NCBI GenBank assembly: GCA_011605725.1
Contig: JAAOZP010000004.1
Location: 32,001 to 96,000 of the forward strand
DNA from: Nitrososphaerota archaeon
GTDB taxonomy: Archaea; Thermoproteota; EX4484-205; JAAOZP01
DNA: 64,000 bases
Direction: 5' to 3'
The notes beneath the pieces are model-generated. The model saw only the letters and a list, made by a program, of their open reading frames with translations. It made no database searches and was not told the origin of the DNA. The position numbers were made by a program, and so were the translations under genes. Shown here in pieces: positions 40,140 to 51,031 of the stretch (position 1 is the stretch's first letter; the number at the start of each line of letters is the position of its first letter).

Positions 40140-43100
40140 TCAACCACCCAGTTTAACCTCTACCCATCCGAAGAATATTTTCTCTGGGGTTATATAAGCT
40201 ACTATGGCATAGCCCTTCTCAGGCACTATCCATTTTCCTTGTTCTGCCATATCTTTGTGATTCTTAAGTTGTCTTATTGCCTCATCAAGCTTTTTATTCA
40301 CCTCTCCCAAAATCTCTGAAAAATCCTTAGGTGTTTCAGGCGACCAGAGCGACTTCTCCTCAATGGCTAAGATTATCTTATTCCCATCTACCTGCATAAT
40401 GTCGAATGGAACTTCAGGAGTATTCTCCCCAGCGGTCTTCAACACCGGTTTACTGGAGTCGTATCCAAAGTTCTGCTGGTAGTTCTCCAGGAGCAATTTC
40501 TCCGTAAGCGCGTATGCGGCATATCCTCTCGTGCTAGGGTCGAGTAGGCACTTTCCATAGGAAAAGGCGTCCTGAAACTCCTCTCTCATATTGGCTTCTA
40601 TCTCCCCCAGCTTCCCTGAAATACTAGCCCCTTCTGCGGCTCTGAGCAGCTTGTCCTCTACCAAGGAGTACTGCGGATCCTTAACGCTGATGAACTCGTT
40701 CTTGAACCCTCCGGTAGCGGGGTCCAAGTACATGTAGTGCCTATTTACATGTCCCCTATTATCCTCGTAGTATATCTTCAGAATCTTGCTCTCTATGCTT
40801 CTTCCGTTCAAATCCGTGAATGATTCCGTAATATATTCCACATTCCTTACGAGGTATGCGTGAGGCTCGGAGACATACTCCACTTTCGACAGCCATTTCC
40901 CTCCATCGGGATCTATCGTCGTGGCAATCCAGAGCTTCTTACCCGAGCCAAGTTCGAGCTCCCAGAGAATCACTCCGCTGATTACTTCCCCCTCCTCATT
41001 TCCAATCTTTATATCATATTTATACTTGGGCTTGGCTGAGACCGATGAATCTTTAATGCTAACTATGCCTTCATTCTCAACCTTGTATTCTATGAGGTTT
41101 TTAAGGTACTCAGTTGTAAAGGTGTTGGAGAGTTCTTCCCAAGAGACTTGTCTAAGCCGTAGGGCGTAGACGCCTTCTCCATAGGATTTTAAAGTGACGG
41201 TACGCCCGTTCGAATCCCAAATCTTGTAGTGAGACTCACCGCCTATCTCCTCATATTCTATGATGCAGATCCCCGGGTTATTGTAACTAAGGAATTTACC
41301 AAAAGATCCTTCAGAAATCAGTGTTATATCTTCACCTATCTCCTTTGCTGTTGAGAAGAAATAGTCTGGCTCAACCGCTCCTTTAAGAGTAGCAACATAG
41401 TCTCCGTCTTTCATGTCAAACGCGCCCATGAGTGCACCACCACCTTCAACCTTCTGAGGATATACAACAACGGTACCGCCGATCGCCCCAATATGTGCTA
41501 ACGCCCTATATTCCTTATCTCCTTTGTTTAGAGATAGGGTGACGACATCTCCTTCTTTAAATTCCAGCTCCTCTGCAAGCCCTTTGGATAAGCATGGATA
41601 TACATACTCACCATATTTCATAACTCTTAAAGGAACTCCTAGTCTATGATACTTCTTAGAATATTCCAAAGTATCGCTCCATGCTTCAAGCGCCTTAATC
41701 CCGAATGTCTTCACTTGATCGAGGAAGTAACCTATTATCCCGCTGACTCTTTCCTCACCTATTTGAAGCTGTTTAGAATAATATTTTTCTAAATCAAAAT
41801 AGGTTTTGAACAGTTTAAGCCCGTTTTCGAAGCTGTCCCCTATTCCTTTAGCTGCAAGCGCCTTCCCAATGCCATCGAGGCCCTTTTTATCGAGCTTAAC
41901 TAACTCCGGAATAAGCTCATCGAGCATTTCGGACTGCGAGCCTTCAAGCTCCTCTACCTTGCCGTTGCTCAGCCACTTAACGAGACCAGTGGCAGCGTCC
42001 TCAGATTTCTCAGCCACGTTTGAAACCCTGTTGAGCGTTTTCTCCGCAAAGTCCTCCGAGATCTCGAGGAGCTTTCCGTAGAGTTTGAAGACGCTATCCC
42101 CTGCTTCCGGCAGCTTTCCGACGAGTTCCTTACACGTATCTCCATGCCCCGCTAGGATTCCTGCACCGTCGTTGATGTATTCGACGTCCCCGGGCTTAAC
42201 CTCCTCCTCGCCCGCAAGCTCTCCGAGCCTGAATTCAAGATCCTTCCAAATCCCCTCAATCCCCTCCGGAACCCTTCCAAGCACCCTTTTCATGGTGCGC
42301 ACGAACGCGTGGGCCTTCGCAATCGCATCGATGTTTATCGCGATTCCTTTCCTTGCGAGCTTGCCCGCGAGGGCTACGGCATCTACGAGCGGCGAGGTCG
42401 CCCAGGCTCCCGTCGCTTCCCCAAGGCCAAACTTCTTCGGGTCTTTTACTATGTTCTCCCTGTAATAGTTGGCGAACGAGTAGAAGGCTCCGAGCTGTGC
42501 AAGCGCCCCAACGACCTTTCCGAGGGAAGCCCAATGCTCCATCGTAACCTTGGCGCTTTTAAGCTTCCCATTCAGCTGCGACGAAATAGCGTAGGCACGT
42601 TCGTATTCCTCGGGCATGTTCAAGCCCATAAGCTTCTCAGAGGCGTCTGACATCGCATCGATAAGCATTCCTCCCTCGAACAATTCCCCGACGTTCTTCA
42701 AATCGTCGAGGCTAAAGCCAATGCTTTGCTCCATGAAGACATCTAGGGCGCTCATGGCTCCTTCCCCAAGCTTCCTCAGCTCCTCAGCCTCTTCGCGCAG
42801 TTCCTCGGAGAACTCGTTTTTACCGCTTCGCCTCTCGATGATCGCTGCAAGCTCCTCAAGCTTCTCAGCATTTCTCTTAAACTCCTCGCTAGACCTCAAT
42901 ACTGCGTTGAGCTCGAGGGCGTTCATATATGCGCCGTAAACGTAGTGATAAATGAAGAGGAATGTATGAATACCCGCGACCGCCGCCACGCCAGCCTCCT
43001 CGCCAAGCACTATTGGAAGAGCCTCGGGGGCGACGACGAAGACTATGAACATGAACACGATGCTCGGGATGAAGCGTTTCGCCCCGTTCCAAATGCCTTT

Positions 43101-45239
43101 AGCCCAATCCGGAAGGTTCTTATAGATATTCTGATATGTATAGCTGTCCGATTCGAAAACATACGGTATTTGATGGCAGGCAATAGGCTTCCATCGGCTC
43201 CTATCGGTCAAGTCGCTTCCCTCAGCCTTAACCAGCAGGACGTCTACGAAGACCTTAGCTGTCGGGTCCCCGATCATGGCGCTGAAGACGTTCATAGGGT
43301 CCTTAGCCAGCTCCGGCAGGGTCGTCCGCATTCCGTCGAAGCGGAGGTAGGGCCAGAACTTCACGTCGGAAGAGTAGTTCCCCTTCGGCAGGTCCATCGG
43401 GTATTCATCCGGCTCAGGCTCAAACCACCACTTGGCATCTGACGGAACGCCCCAGAGCCTTGAAACTACCTTATCGTCGAGCATGGCCAGCACACAGCTC
43501 CTAAGGGCCTCGCCGTACGCGTTGTTTATCGAGAAGGAGAGGACGTGTTCCCTTCCCAGTATCCCGGACCCATTTATGTTCGCCCTCGGCACCACTGGAA
43601 ACACGAGGGTGAATTCCCCACTCGGCACCTCTTCCCTCCTAACCCTGTAGCCAGTCGTAGAATTATAGTGTCTAGCGGTTTCAAGGGAGTACGTGTAGTT
43701 CTTAACTATCCATCCCCCTTCCACCACCCTCTCAACCAGGCAGTTCTGCAAAAGCGAAGCGCCCAAGTCCTTTTCCCCAACCGACCCCGCCAGCAGGATG
43801 GCGTTTCCACCCACCTCATCCAATACTCTTCCAGTAGGCTCCATCTCATAGTAATAGCTGGCTGTCTCAACCCTGCGGTAGGCGTCGTAAAGCTCCATCC
43901 TCTCTTTCTCATAAAGAACGTAGAGGTCCACGTAGTAGGTGGTGGTCTCAACCCCGTCGAAGACTATCGCATACTCACCCGTGGAATAGGATGAGGCCTC
44001 GTCCTCGCTGAACCTTCCAACGTATTCCCACTCAACCCTGTGGAACGGTTTATAATCCTCCCCCTCCGGTACTTCCCCCGGTTTCTCCTCAACATCCCCC
44101 AGGTAAACCCACTCACCCCACCCTCCAGTATGAATGCTCGCGTCGTCGACGTGCAGCTCCGAATCCCCCTGTGCCACGAAGGAAACCTCGTATTCGCCGG
44201 GAGCCGCAAGGATGCTGGAGACGTCTAATGAGAGCCGCGTCCATTCAGAGCTTGCTCCAAGGGGAATGATCGTTGCCCCTCCATCCGGGGTCTTTATCGT
44301 AACCATGCCCTTCCCACTAAGCCTATAGCTGAACTCAAGGACTGGGTAAGCGCTCCCGTCATAGCTGAATGCTTGTCTCCAGGCGCCGCGACCCCATGGG
44401 CCGGCCATAATCCTCAAGCATGATGGTTCACTCGTGTAGCTGGATGTGCAAAGCTCTCCGAACGCTTCTCCGAAACTCTCGAACAACCAGAAGAGGGAGG
44501 ACCCCATATCCCCATTCTTGATGAACTCGCGGATCGGCTCCTCAACCCACTTGTAATGATGGTAGAGCACCCTCGTTACTATCCTGTAGACCTTGAAATA
44601 GTTGGTCTGCCTGAACCTTATCCCACTGCCGTCCTTCTCCAGCCTATAGCCCGGGTTGTCAACGTAGCTCTTCGCCTCCTCCTCATCTACCAGGTCCCTA
44701 ACTACCCATGCCTCGCCCTCAACCGGCTTAAACATCCATGTATTCGCATCGTAATCCGGAGGAGGCGTAGTAACCCTGCCGACGTAGACCCATGATTCGT
44801 TGAATGAGAGGACGCGCCTAGATAACCTGTACTCGTAGTGCTTCCTGCTGGAGTTCTCATATCTTTCAACGTATACGGTGTCGCCGTCCCCCGGCTCCCA
44901 TCCAACCGGCAAATAGATATTGTAGTAGGTGCCATTTACAACCTTCTCCTCGATAATGTAGCGGGTCTTCCCCTTGGCGGCAAGGTGGATGAGCACGCTG
45001 CCGTTCGCCAACCCGTACATCCTGCTTATCCACGATTTGTTCGCATCATAATCCTCAAACTCCCTTAATTTCTCTTGGAACTTCTCATTCCCCCATCCCT
45101 CATAGATGGCCCTCTTCAAGAAATCGATCATGTTCGTCGACTCCTCGGGCTGAGCCCTCACGATGATGGAAATCGGAAGTATGAACAGCTCCTCGACGAA
45201 AAGGAGGATTAGCAGGAGGCCGATTATCCTCTTAATCAC
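40140..45239 (-). CDS. Large exported protein with C-terminal PD-(D/E)XK nuclease-like domain (candidate polymorphic toxin)
   Basis: Signal peptide, beta-rich/CBM-like region, hydrophobic hairpin (IVFMFIVFVVAPEALP), coiled coil, C-terminal PFDIMQVDGNKIILAIEEKS...EAIRQL. Confidence 0.65.
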   Translation of the reverse strand: MIKRIIGLLLILLFVEELFILPISIIVRAQPEESTNMIDFLKRAIYEGWGNEKFQEKLREFEDYDANKSWISRMYGLANGSVLIHLAAKGKTRYIIEEKVVNGTYYNIYLPVGWEPGDGDTVYVERYENSSRKHYEYRLSRRVLSFNESWVYVGRVTTPPPDYDANTWMFKPVEGEAWVVRDLVDEEEAKSYVDNPGYRLEKDGSGIRFRQTNYFKVYRIVTRVLYHHYKWVEEPIREFIKNGDMGSSLFWLFESFGEAFGELCTSSYTSEPSCLRIMAGPWGRGAWRQAFSYDGSAYPVLEFSYRLSGKGMVTIKTPDGGATIIPLGASSEWTRLSLDVSSILAAPGEYEVSFVAQGDSELHVDDASIHTGGWGEWVYLGDVEEKPGEVPEGEDYKPFHRVEWEYVGRFSEDEASSYSTGEYAIVFDGVETTTYYVDLYVLYEKERMELYDAYRRVETASYYYEMEPTGRVLDEVGGNAILLAGSVGEKDLGASLLQNCLVERVVEGGWIVKNYTYSLETARHYNSTTGYRVRREEVPSGEFTLVFPVVPRANINGSGILGREHVLSFSINNAYGEALRSCVLAMLDDKVVSRLWGVPSDAKWWFEPEPDEYPMDLPKGNYSSDVKFWPYLRFDGMRTTLPELAKDPMNVFSAMIGDPTAKVFVDVLLVKAEGSDLTDRSRWKPIACHQIPYVFESDSYTYQNIYKNLPDWAKGIWNGAKRFIPSIVFMFIVFVVAPEALPIVLGEEAGVAAVAGIHTFLFIYHYVYGAYMNALELNAVLRSSEEFKRNAEKLEELAAIIERRSGKNEFSEELREEAEELRKLGEGAMSALDVFMEQSIGFSLDDLKNVGELFEGGMLIDAMSDASEKLMGLNMPEEYERAYAISSQLNGKLKSAKVTMEHWASLGKVVGALAQLGAFYSFANYYRENIVKDPKKFGLGEATGAWATSPLVDAVALAGKLARKGIAINIDAIAKAHAFVRTMKRVLGRVPEGIEGIWKDLEFRLGELAGEEEVKPGDVEYINDGAGILAGHGDTCKELVGKLPEAGDSVFKLYGKLLEISEDFAEKTLNRVSNVAEKSEDAATGLVKWLSNGKVEELEGSQSEMLDELIPELVKLDKKGLDGIGKALAAKGIGDSFENGLKLFKTYFDLEKYYSKQLQIGEERVSGIIGYFLDQVKTFGIKALEAWSDTLEYSKKYHRLGVPLRVMKYGEYVYPCLSKGLAEELEFKEGDVVTLSLNKGDKEYRALAHIGAIGGTVVVYPQKVEGGGALMGAFDMKDGDYVATLKGAVEPDYFFSTAKEIGEDITLISEGSFGKFLSYNNPGICIIEYEEIGGESHYKIWDSNGRTVTLKSYGEGVYALRLRQVSWEELSNTFTTEYLKNLIEYKVENEGIVSIKDSSVSAKPKYKYDIKIGNEEGEVISGVILWELELGSGKKLWIATTIDPDGGKWLSKVEYVSEPHAYLVRNVEYITESFTDLNGRSIESKILKIYYEDNRGHVNRHYMYLDPATGGFKNEFISVKDPQYSLVEDKLLRAAEGASISGKLGEIEANMREEFQDAFSYGKCLLDPSTRGYAAYALTEKLLLENYQQNFGYDSSKPVLKTAGENTPEVPFDIMQVDGNKIILAIEEKSLWSPETPKDFSEILGEVNKKLDEAIRQLKNHKDMAEQGKWIVPEKGYAIVAYITPEKIFFGWVEVKLGG

Positions 45240-48200
45240 AGGGACACCACCGTTTCCCTCGCATAGATGCCGTTCGGCCTATCTAAGGCATAGACCAGCA
45301 GCTCTCCGCCGACGCCCCTTACTATGAACATCACCTTCCCCTCAAGATCCGTTATGCCTACCTGGTTCGTCTCGAACACCTTAACCCTCAGGTTGCTGAC
45401 GGGCATGAGGCTATGCGCCCAAACCGCCTTAACGTTAACAGCGTTCCCCTCCCTCGTCACGTTCAATAAAATCCTGGTGAACAGGAAGGAAAGACGGGTG
45501 CTTTCTCCGAATATCGCTCCGTCGCTCGCCGCAACTGAGCCGGCGTACTTTCCATCCGCCCCGCTCACCTTGATGACTATGATTCCGCTCTCATTCGCCA
45601 GTGCAGAATACCCGAGGAGGCTTGCCGAGGCTCCGGCTGCAGGCACCCCGCTATGAGAATAGCTCAGCTTAGCTGCGACGCTCAACATAGAATAGCTGTT
45701 GGCCCAGTATTCTCCCCCAACGTTGATTCCCTCAACGCTCATCACTTCAACGATGATCCTCGTGAACACTAAAGTGATGTTAAGCCCTCCCGGGATAATC
45801 CTGCTGTTCCTCATCGCAGTATAGCATAGCTTGACGGCTTCGTCAACGCCGCTGTATGAGAAAGTTATGCTCCCCCCGTCCGGCACAACCATCCTATTCC
45901 CCTCAGAGTCGTTGACGATCGTTCCGACGGCTGGGCCTCCATTCTTATAATGGACGTTTATCGTCAGGGTCACCGTCGAGTTGCTCTGCGCCCAATATTC
46001 GTTTCCCCTTCTAGCCGCTCCCTTCACTTCGACTATTGAGAGCTCAACCCCCGGCACGACAAGGATTTTACACGGCCCGCACGGCAGGAAATCATCCAGT
46101 ACGAACGTCGCGTTGAACGGGGAGTCGAGTATTCTCAGCGTGAAGTTGGCCGGCGTCCCCCTAGTTATGTTTCCCTCAACCCACCTAATCTTGAGGCCGT
46201 TCAGCGTCTTACCGTTATAGCTTAAGCGAACATTAAGGATCAAGCTCACATCCTCGCCAGGCGCTCCGGCAACAACCTCGCTAGACGATTCGATCCTAAC
46301 GTCTGTGAAGACAATGTCAAGCGGAGTGCTGCCGTTAACGATTCCGTCGCTGACAACTATGTTTCCATCATACTCCCTATCCCTGTCGCTTAGGCTTATC
46401 ACCGCGCTTCCCTTCGAATCGGTTTCAGAGTACTTGAAGAAGCCCGCTTTCGCATAAGCGGCGCTACTTCCATCATGTGAATACCTCGCCCTTATCGCTA
46501 TGGATACATTCGCCCCGTTTCCAGCATAATATACGCCGTTAAACGGTATTGCGACCCTAACCTCCTTCTCTACGATTATTCTCGAGAATACAAGCGTGAC
46601 GTTAACCTTATCCAGAGCCCTTCCGCTATTGCTGAACAACGTGTAGCTTATCGTTTTAATGCAATCGCCCGCATTGTAATAGAACGTCGCCGTACCATTC
46701 GAATCAGTTAACGCCACATTCCCGTATGAGTCGACTATCCTCATTCCAGTAGAAGATACGTTTAGGCTTGAGAGGCGTGGCTTAAGCCTAACCATGGCCG
46801 TTAAGCCGCTTTGAAGCCAGTACTTCGAATCCCTCAGCGTTCCATTTACCCTTGCGGTGAGCGTCGCGTTCACCGAAACCACCCTTACAACCACATTCCT
46901 GTAGCATGGTAGGAAGCCCTCGAGGATGAACGTCGCATTCTCCGAGCCCTTATCCGGAACTTTCAGGATGAAGTTGGCAGGCGTATCCTCAACCATGTTT
47001 TTCTCAACCAGCTTAACCTTCAAGCCGCTTAGGAACTCGCCGTTGTACGTTAGCCTCGCCCTTATCGTTACGGCTGCATCGTCCCCCGGAAATCCTTCCA
47101 CAATCATGCTTGAAGACTCCAGCGCCACATCGGTGAACACTAGAGTAAGTTTCTCATTTCCATCCACCACCCCGTCGCTTGCGACAATCAGCCCATCATA
47201 TTTCCTTTGACAGCCTTTCAGGCTAAACGTGGCAGCGCCGTTGACATCCGTCCTCGTTGAAAAATCCAAGTATCTTATCGAACAATTCGGTACTGATGCT
47301 CCGTTATGGGCATACGTAGCATTTATAGCGATGCTCACGTCCGCATCGTTACATCCATACCATGCGTCGCCGAAACGTACGGCATCAACCTTCACCCCAA
47401 GAATTATCCTAGTGAACACGAGCGTCAGGTTGATCTTCCCGCTAAGCGCGTATCCCCTGTCGATGGCGAGGAAGCTTAACGAAAGGGATTTGTCGCCATC
47501 TGAGTAAGAGAACTCGACGAAGCCCTTCTCATTCGCCGATTTCGTCGATCTACCGTCGGTAACGGTTATCGTTGTCGGCGGGTCGCTGCAGTACACGTAT
47601 TCCGCCTTCAGCTTAACCACAACGTTGGACCCACTTTTAGCCCAGTACTCCATACCCCTCTTACTCGCGCCAACGTCTTCCAACGAGAGCTTAACAGTCC
47701 TCGGTATGAGGGTAACGTTGACCTCGGGACATGGGAGGAAGCCGAGGAGCCTAAAGGTCGCGTTAGCAGGCGAGGAGGGTATCTCCACGTAGAATGGAGT
47801 CGACGTTTCCCCAACGATGCCTCCCTGAACCCATTCGACCCTAAGGCCGCTCAGGTATTCGTCGCTATAGCTCAGGCGAGCATAGATCGTTACCGATGTT
47901 TTAGCCCCCGGCGCCGCCTTAATTATGCTATTCGAGGGCTTGAGCTCAACGTCGGTGAAGATTAAGTCGAGATCCGTGCTTCCATCGACTACCCTGTCTG
48001 AGGCCATCGCCGTGTCCTTGTATTCCTCATCGCTACCGCTAAGCACGAAGCTCGCCACCCCGCTTCCATTGGTCCTTGAGGAAAGGCCCAGTAGGCTTAC
48101 GGTAGCATTTGCCACGGGCTTCCCGTTATGCGAATAAGATGCTTTCAGGAGTATATTCACGTTCCATCCATTACTCGCATAGTAAACTCCATTGAAGATG

Positions 48201-50902
48201 ACGACATTGCTGGCGGAGGCCTTCAGATTTATCCTGGAGAAGATGATCGTCGGTCCACGCAGGCTTCCCAATGCATGTCCCTCGTTGTCATAGGCGGTGT
48301 AGACCGGTGAGATCTCATGATCCGAATAATTATAGGAGAATCCAACGACCCCATTGGAATCCGCAACCGCCACATTACCTTCAGTATCCTTCACCACCAT
48401 GCCTCTGGTGGAATCGTTGCAGTACAGGAAGCTAACGCTCAGCTTCACCCTGATAACCGAGCCGCTCTTATTCCAGTATTCACCATTCCTCGGCATAGCG
48501 TTCTCGACAGAAAGGAGGGTGAGTTTCACGTTCTTCGGTATTAAGACCACATTGAGGGGTTTGCAGGATATGAAGTCCACGAGCTCAAATGTCATATTGG
48601 CTCGGGATTGTGGCATCGTCAGCGTGAAGGCCGCGGGCGTCTTCTTAACGATGCCTCCCTGAACCCATCTGACATCGACCTCATCAATGAAGCTCTTGTT
48701 ATACGTAAGATAGGCCTTTAGCACTACGTCGAAGCTTTCCCCAGGGGAACCCTTTATCAGGTAGCAGGGCTCGTCACGCCTAAACGGGATTAAGGATACT
48801 CCGGTGAAAACGATCGTCACGGGGTTTGTCTGCCCTGATATCACCCACTTGCTCGCATATATCCTGCTCGAGATCTCCTCGTCGTTTGAGCATATGTTGA
48901 ACTCCACATCGCCATTAGAATCAGTTGTCCTGCTCAGGTTGAAGAAGTAGACATTCGCCCCTGAAACAGGGTTTCCATTGTGGGAATACTTCGCATTCAC
49001 CCTGAGCTTCACATTCGTCCCATTAGGTGCGAAATACTTTCCGTTGAAAAGGATGGCATTACTTATGCTGGTTGTGAGGAGGATCCTAGTGTAGACTATG
49101 GTGATGCTTTTAGCGTCGCTCCATCCATCGTAATCATCATAATAGACGTATTCTACAACGAAGTAGTGATAGTATTTTACCTTATCCATATCACCGTAGT
49201 AGAACGTGGCTTTTCCGCTGGAATCCGTTTTAACCGTGTGGCCATCGCAGTCGAATACCGAGACCCCCTTAGCGTATTCTCCAGTATCCTCAAGTTGAGC
49301 GTAGACCTCAACCGTGGCGCCGCCCCTTGCGCAGTCAACCCAGTATTCGTCCCCGCTTAGGCGGGAGGCTCCATAGACTACAGCCGACAGCTTGAACCAT
49401 ATCCACCTCACCGTAATGCTTGCATTAGTCATGTGCGTTATCCCCTTATAGGAGGAGGGCATGAACACGTAGGATCTTCTACCGCTGCCTGGGCTGTTCA
49501 AAGAATAGTAATCCATTTTGGAGAACTCGCCTAAAGCATCCACAGTCTTTATACCTAGGGAAAGCTCATTGGCCTTGCTAACCTCCACGTAGGCCTCTGT
49601 TTCCGAAGGCCTCTTCAGCGCGAGGGGAATTTTCCCTCTATGCGTCACCGCACATGCCTCAGCTGGAATCGCCTTCAGCTCGTCGAAATGAATGTTAAGC
49701 CTGCATTCTAAGGATAGTTGAAGCGTACTCGTCTTCCCCTTTGAAGTGTAATTTACGCTAGCCGTACAGATGTCCTGAAAGCCCTCCACCCTGCATTCCT
49801 CCCCCTTGTAGTATCTCTCCGGGGTTCTGAAGGAGCACCATTGTGGAATACCATCTTTGACGCCATAGTACTCCGCGACAAACTTCCACCTTACTTCTGA
49901 ACCCCTGTTCGCCCAAACGTTAAAGGTCGTGCCGCTCCTCTCCCGGTATCCCTCTCCAGTATCGCCAGTTATATCCAGGCTGGAGAGCTGAATATCAGTA
50001 ACTAAGTATTTTGCACCCCTGTAGCCAACGAGATCACCGTTGCTTACTGCTACTGCAACGTTCTTAAGGCCGACTGAGTCAGCGCCCTCATTATAGTAGG
50101 CGTTGATGCTCCAACCGTTCTCCGGTTCGACTCCCGGCGGAGAGCCATGGAGCCCTATGACGACTGAGTCTCTGAAATACCAGCGGTCAAAGTTTTCAGC
50201 TTTAAAGCTAACTGTCATCTGCTTACCTCGGAGAGAAGAGTCGCCCTCGCCCGTTCTGAAAGCATTTCCCCATTTCGCCTCCCACTCCACCTTGATTATC
50301 GTCCCACTTTCCGAGGGAATTGTGAATTTGAAAGTGTGCGTTGCGTAATCAGCGTCTCTATAGCAGGTGGCGCTATGCTCATCGGCATGAACAATTATCG
50401 TCTTCTTCTCAACAACCCTTATCGTGACGGAGGGCGTATTCCCTCCGCTGTTTACTGTGATCGAAAGCCTTATCGTATGGGAGCCCTTCGAGGTTTCACA
50501 CACGTTTTTGAAGTCGGTTGAGCCCCAGTTTCCGCTGCCCAACTGGTATTTGACAACATCATCCAGATAAAGCTTAAGGTCCTTCCCATCCGGACTCTGA
50601 TTATTGTCGTATTTTATCTGGAGAATCCCGTAGTCCCAGTTTACAACAACGTTGTCGCTATGGTCGCACACATAGTAATAATGAAGCTGCTGATAGCTCG
50701 CAGTATACTCGTAGACAATTCTCGTATACGTCACCCTTGCCTCAAGCGTATTCCTATCCAGATTGCTCCAAGCATAAGAATCGGGCGGAGGAGCCGAGGA
50801 AACGGGAATCCAGGAAAGTGTGAAATGTGAGAGAATAACGGCAACTATTACTAGGGTTGTGGGAATTGACAATAATATCTGGAGATTTGGATATCTCCTC
50901 AA
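45236..50902 (-). CDS. Large secreted Ig-like repeat protein
   Basis: Signal peptide; repeats with YSHNG.PV..A.V, TDSNG.A.F, ASDG, IVFT; GTGA overlap with the next gene. Confidence 0.8.
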   Translation of the reverse strand: MRRYPNLQILLSIPTTLVIVAVILSHFTLSWIPVSSAPPPDSYAWSNLDRNTLEARVTYTRIVYEYTASYQQLHYYYVCDHSDNVVVNWDYGILQIKYDNNQSPDGKDLKLYLDDVVKYQLGSGNWGSTDFKNVCETSKGSHTIRLSITVNSGGNTPSVTIRVVEKKTIIVHADEHSATCYRDADYATHTFKFTIPSESGTIIKVEWEAKWGNAFRTGEGDSSLRGKQMTVSFKAENFDRWYFRDSVVIGLHGSPPGVEPENGWSINAYYNEGADSVGLKNVAVAVSNGDLVGYRGAKYLVTDIQLSSLDITGDTGEGYRERSGTTFNVWANRGSEVRWKFVAEYYGVKDGIPQWCSFRTPERYYKGEECRVEGFQDICTASVNYTSKGKTSTLQLSLECRLNIHFDELKAIPAEACAVTHRGKIPLALKRPSETEAYVEVSKANELSLGIKTVDALGEFSKMDYYSLNSPGSGRRSYVFMPSSYKGITHMTNASITVRWIWFKLSAVVYGASRLSGDEYWVDCARGGATVEVYAQLEDTGEYAKGVSVFDCDGHTVKTDSSGKATFYYGDMDKVKYYHYFVVEYVYYDDYDGWSDAKSITIVYTRILLTTSISNAILFNGKYFAPNGTNVKLRVNAKYSHNGNPVSGANVYFFNLSRTTDSNGDVEFNICSNDEEISSRIYASKWVISGQTNPVTIVFTGVSLIPFRRDEPCYLIKGSPGESFDVVLKAYLTYNKSFIDEVDVRWVQGGIVKKTPAAFTLTMPQSRANMTFELVDFISCKPLNVVLIPKNVKLTLLSVENAMPRNGEYWNKSGSVIRVKLSVSFLYCNDSTRGMVVKDTEGNVAVADSNGVVGFSYNYSDHEISPVYTAYDNEGHALGSLRGPTIIFSRINLKASASNVVIFNGVYYASNGWNVNILLKASYSHNGKPVANATVSLLGLSSRTNGSGVASFVLSGSDEEYKDTAMASDRVVDGSTDLDLIFTDVELKPSNSIIKAAPGAKTSVTIYARLSYSDEYLSGLRVEWVQGGIVGETSTPFYVEIPSSPANATFRLLGFLPCPEVNVTLIPRTVKLSLEDVGASKRGMEYWAKSGSNVVVKLKAEYVYCSDPPTTITVTDGRSTKSANEKGFVEFSYSDGDKSLSLSFLAIDRGYALSGKINLTLVFTRIILGVKVDAVRFGDAWYGCNDADVSIAINATYAHNGASVPNCSIRYLDFSTRTDVNGAATFSLKGCQRKYDGLIVASDGVVDGNEKLTLVFTDVALESSSMIVEGFPGDDAAVTIRARLTYNGEFLSGLKVKLVEKNMVEDTPANFILKVPDKGSENATFILEGFLPCYRNVVVRVVSVNATLTARVNGTLRDSKYWLQSGLTAMVRLKPRLSSLNVSSTGMRIVDSYGNVALTDSNGTATFYYNAGDCIKTISYTLFSNSGRALDKVNVTLVFSRIIVEKEVRVAIPFNGVYYAGNGANVSIAIRARYSHDGSSAAYAKAGFFKYSETDSKGSAVISLSDRDREYDGNIVVSDGIVNGSTPLDIVFTDVRIESSSEVVAGAPGEDVSLILNVRLSYNGKTLNGLKIRWVEGNITRGTPANFTLRILDSPFNATFVLDDFLPCGPCKILVVPGVELSIVEVKGAARRGNEYWAQSNSTVTLTINVHYKNGGPAVGTIVNDSEGNRMVVPDGGSITFSYSGVDEAVKLCYTAMRNSRIIPGGLNITLVFTRIIVEVMSVEGINVGGEYWANSYSMLSVAAKLSYSHSGVPAAGASASLLGYSALANESGIIVIKVSGADGKYAGSVAASDGAIFGESTRLSFLFTRILLNVTREGNAVNVKAVWAHSLMPVSNLRVKVFETNQVGITDLEGKVMFIVRGVGGELLVYALDRPNGIYARETVVSL

Positions 50903-51031
50903 CGTTTATATTAAAAAGCTTTAAGATCTTTATAAGCTTAACCTAAGTTAGACGACTCTCCTATGAGAATTATGAGAATGTTACTAACATTATGTAAACA
51001 AACTTAAAAACCCGAAATCCCTCTGAATACT

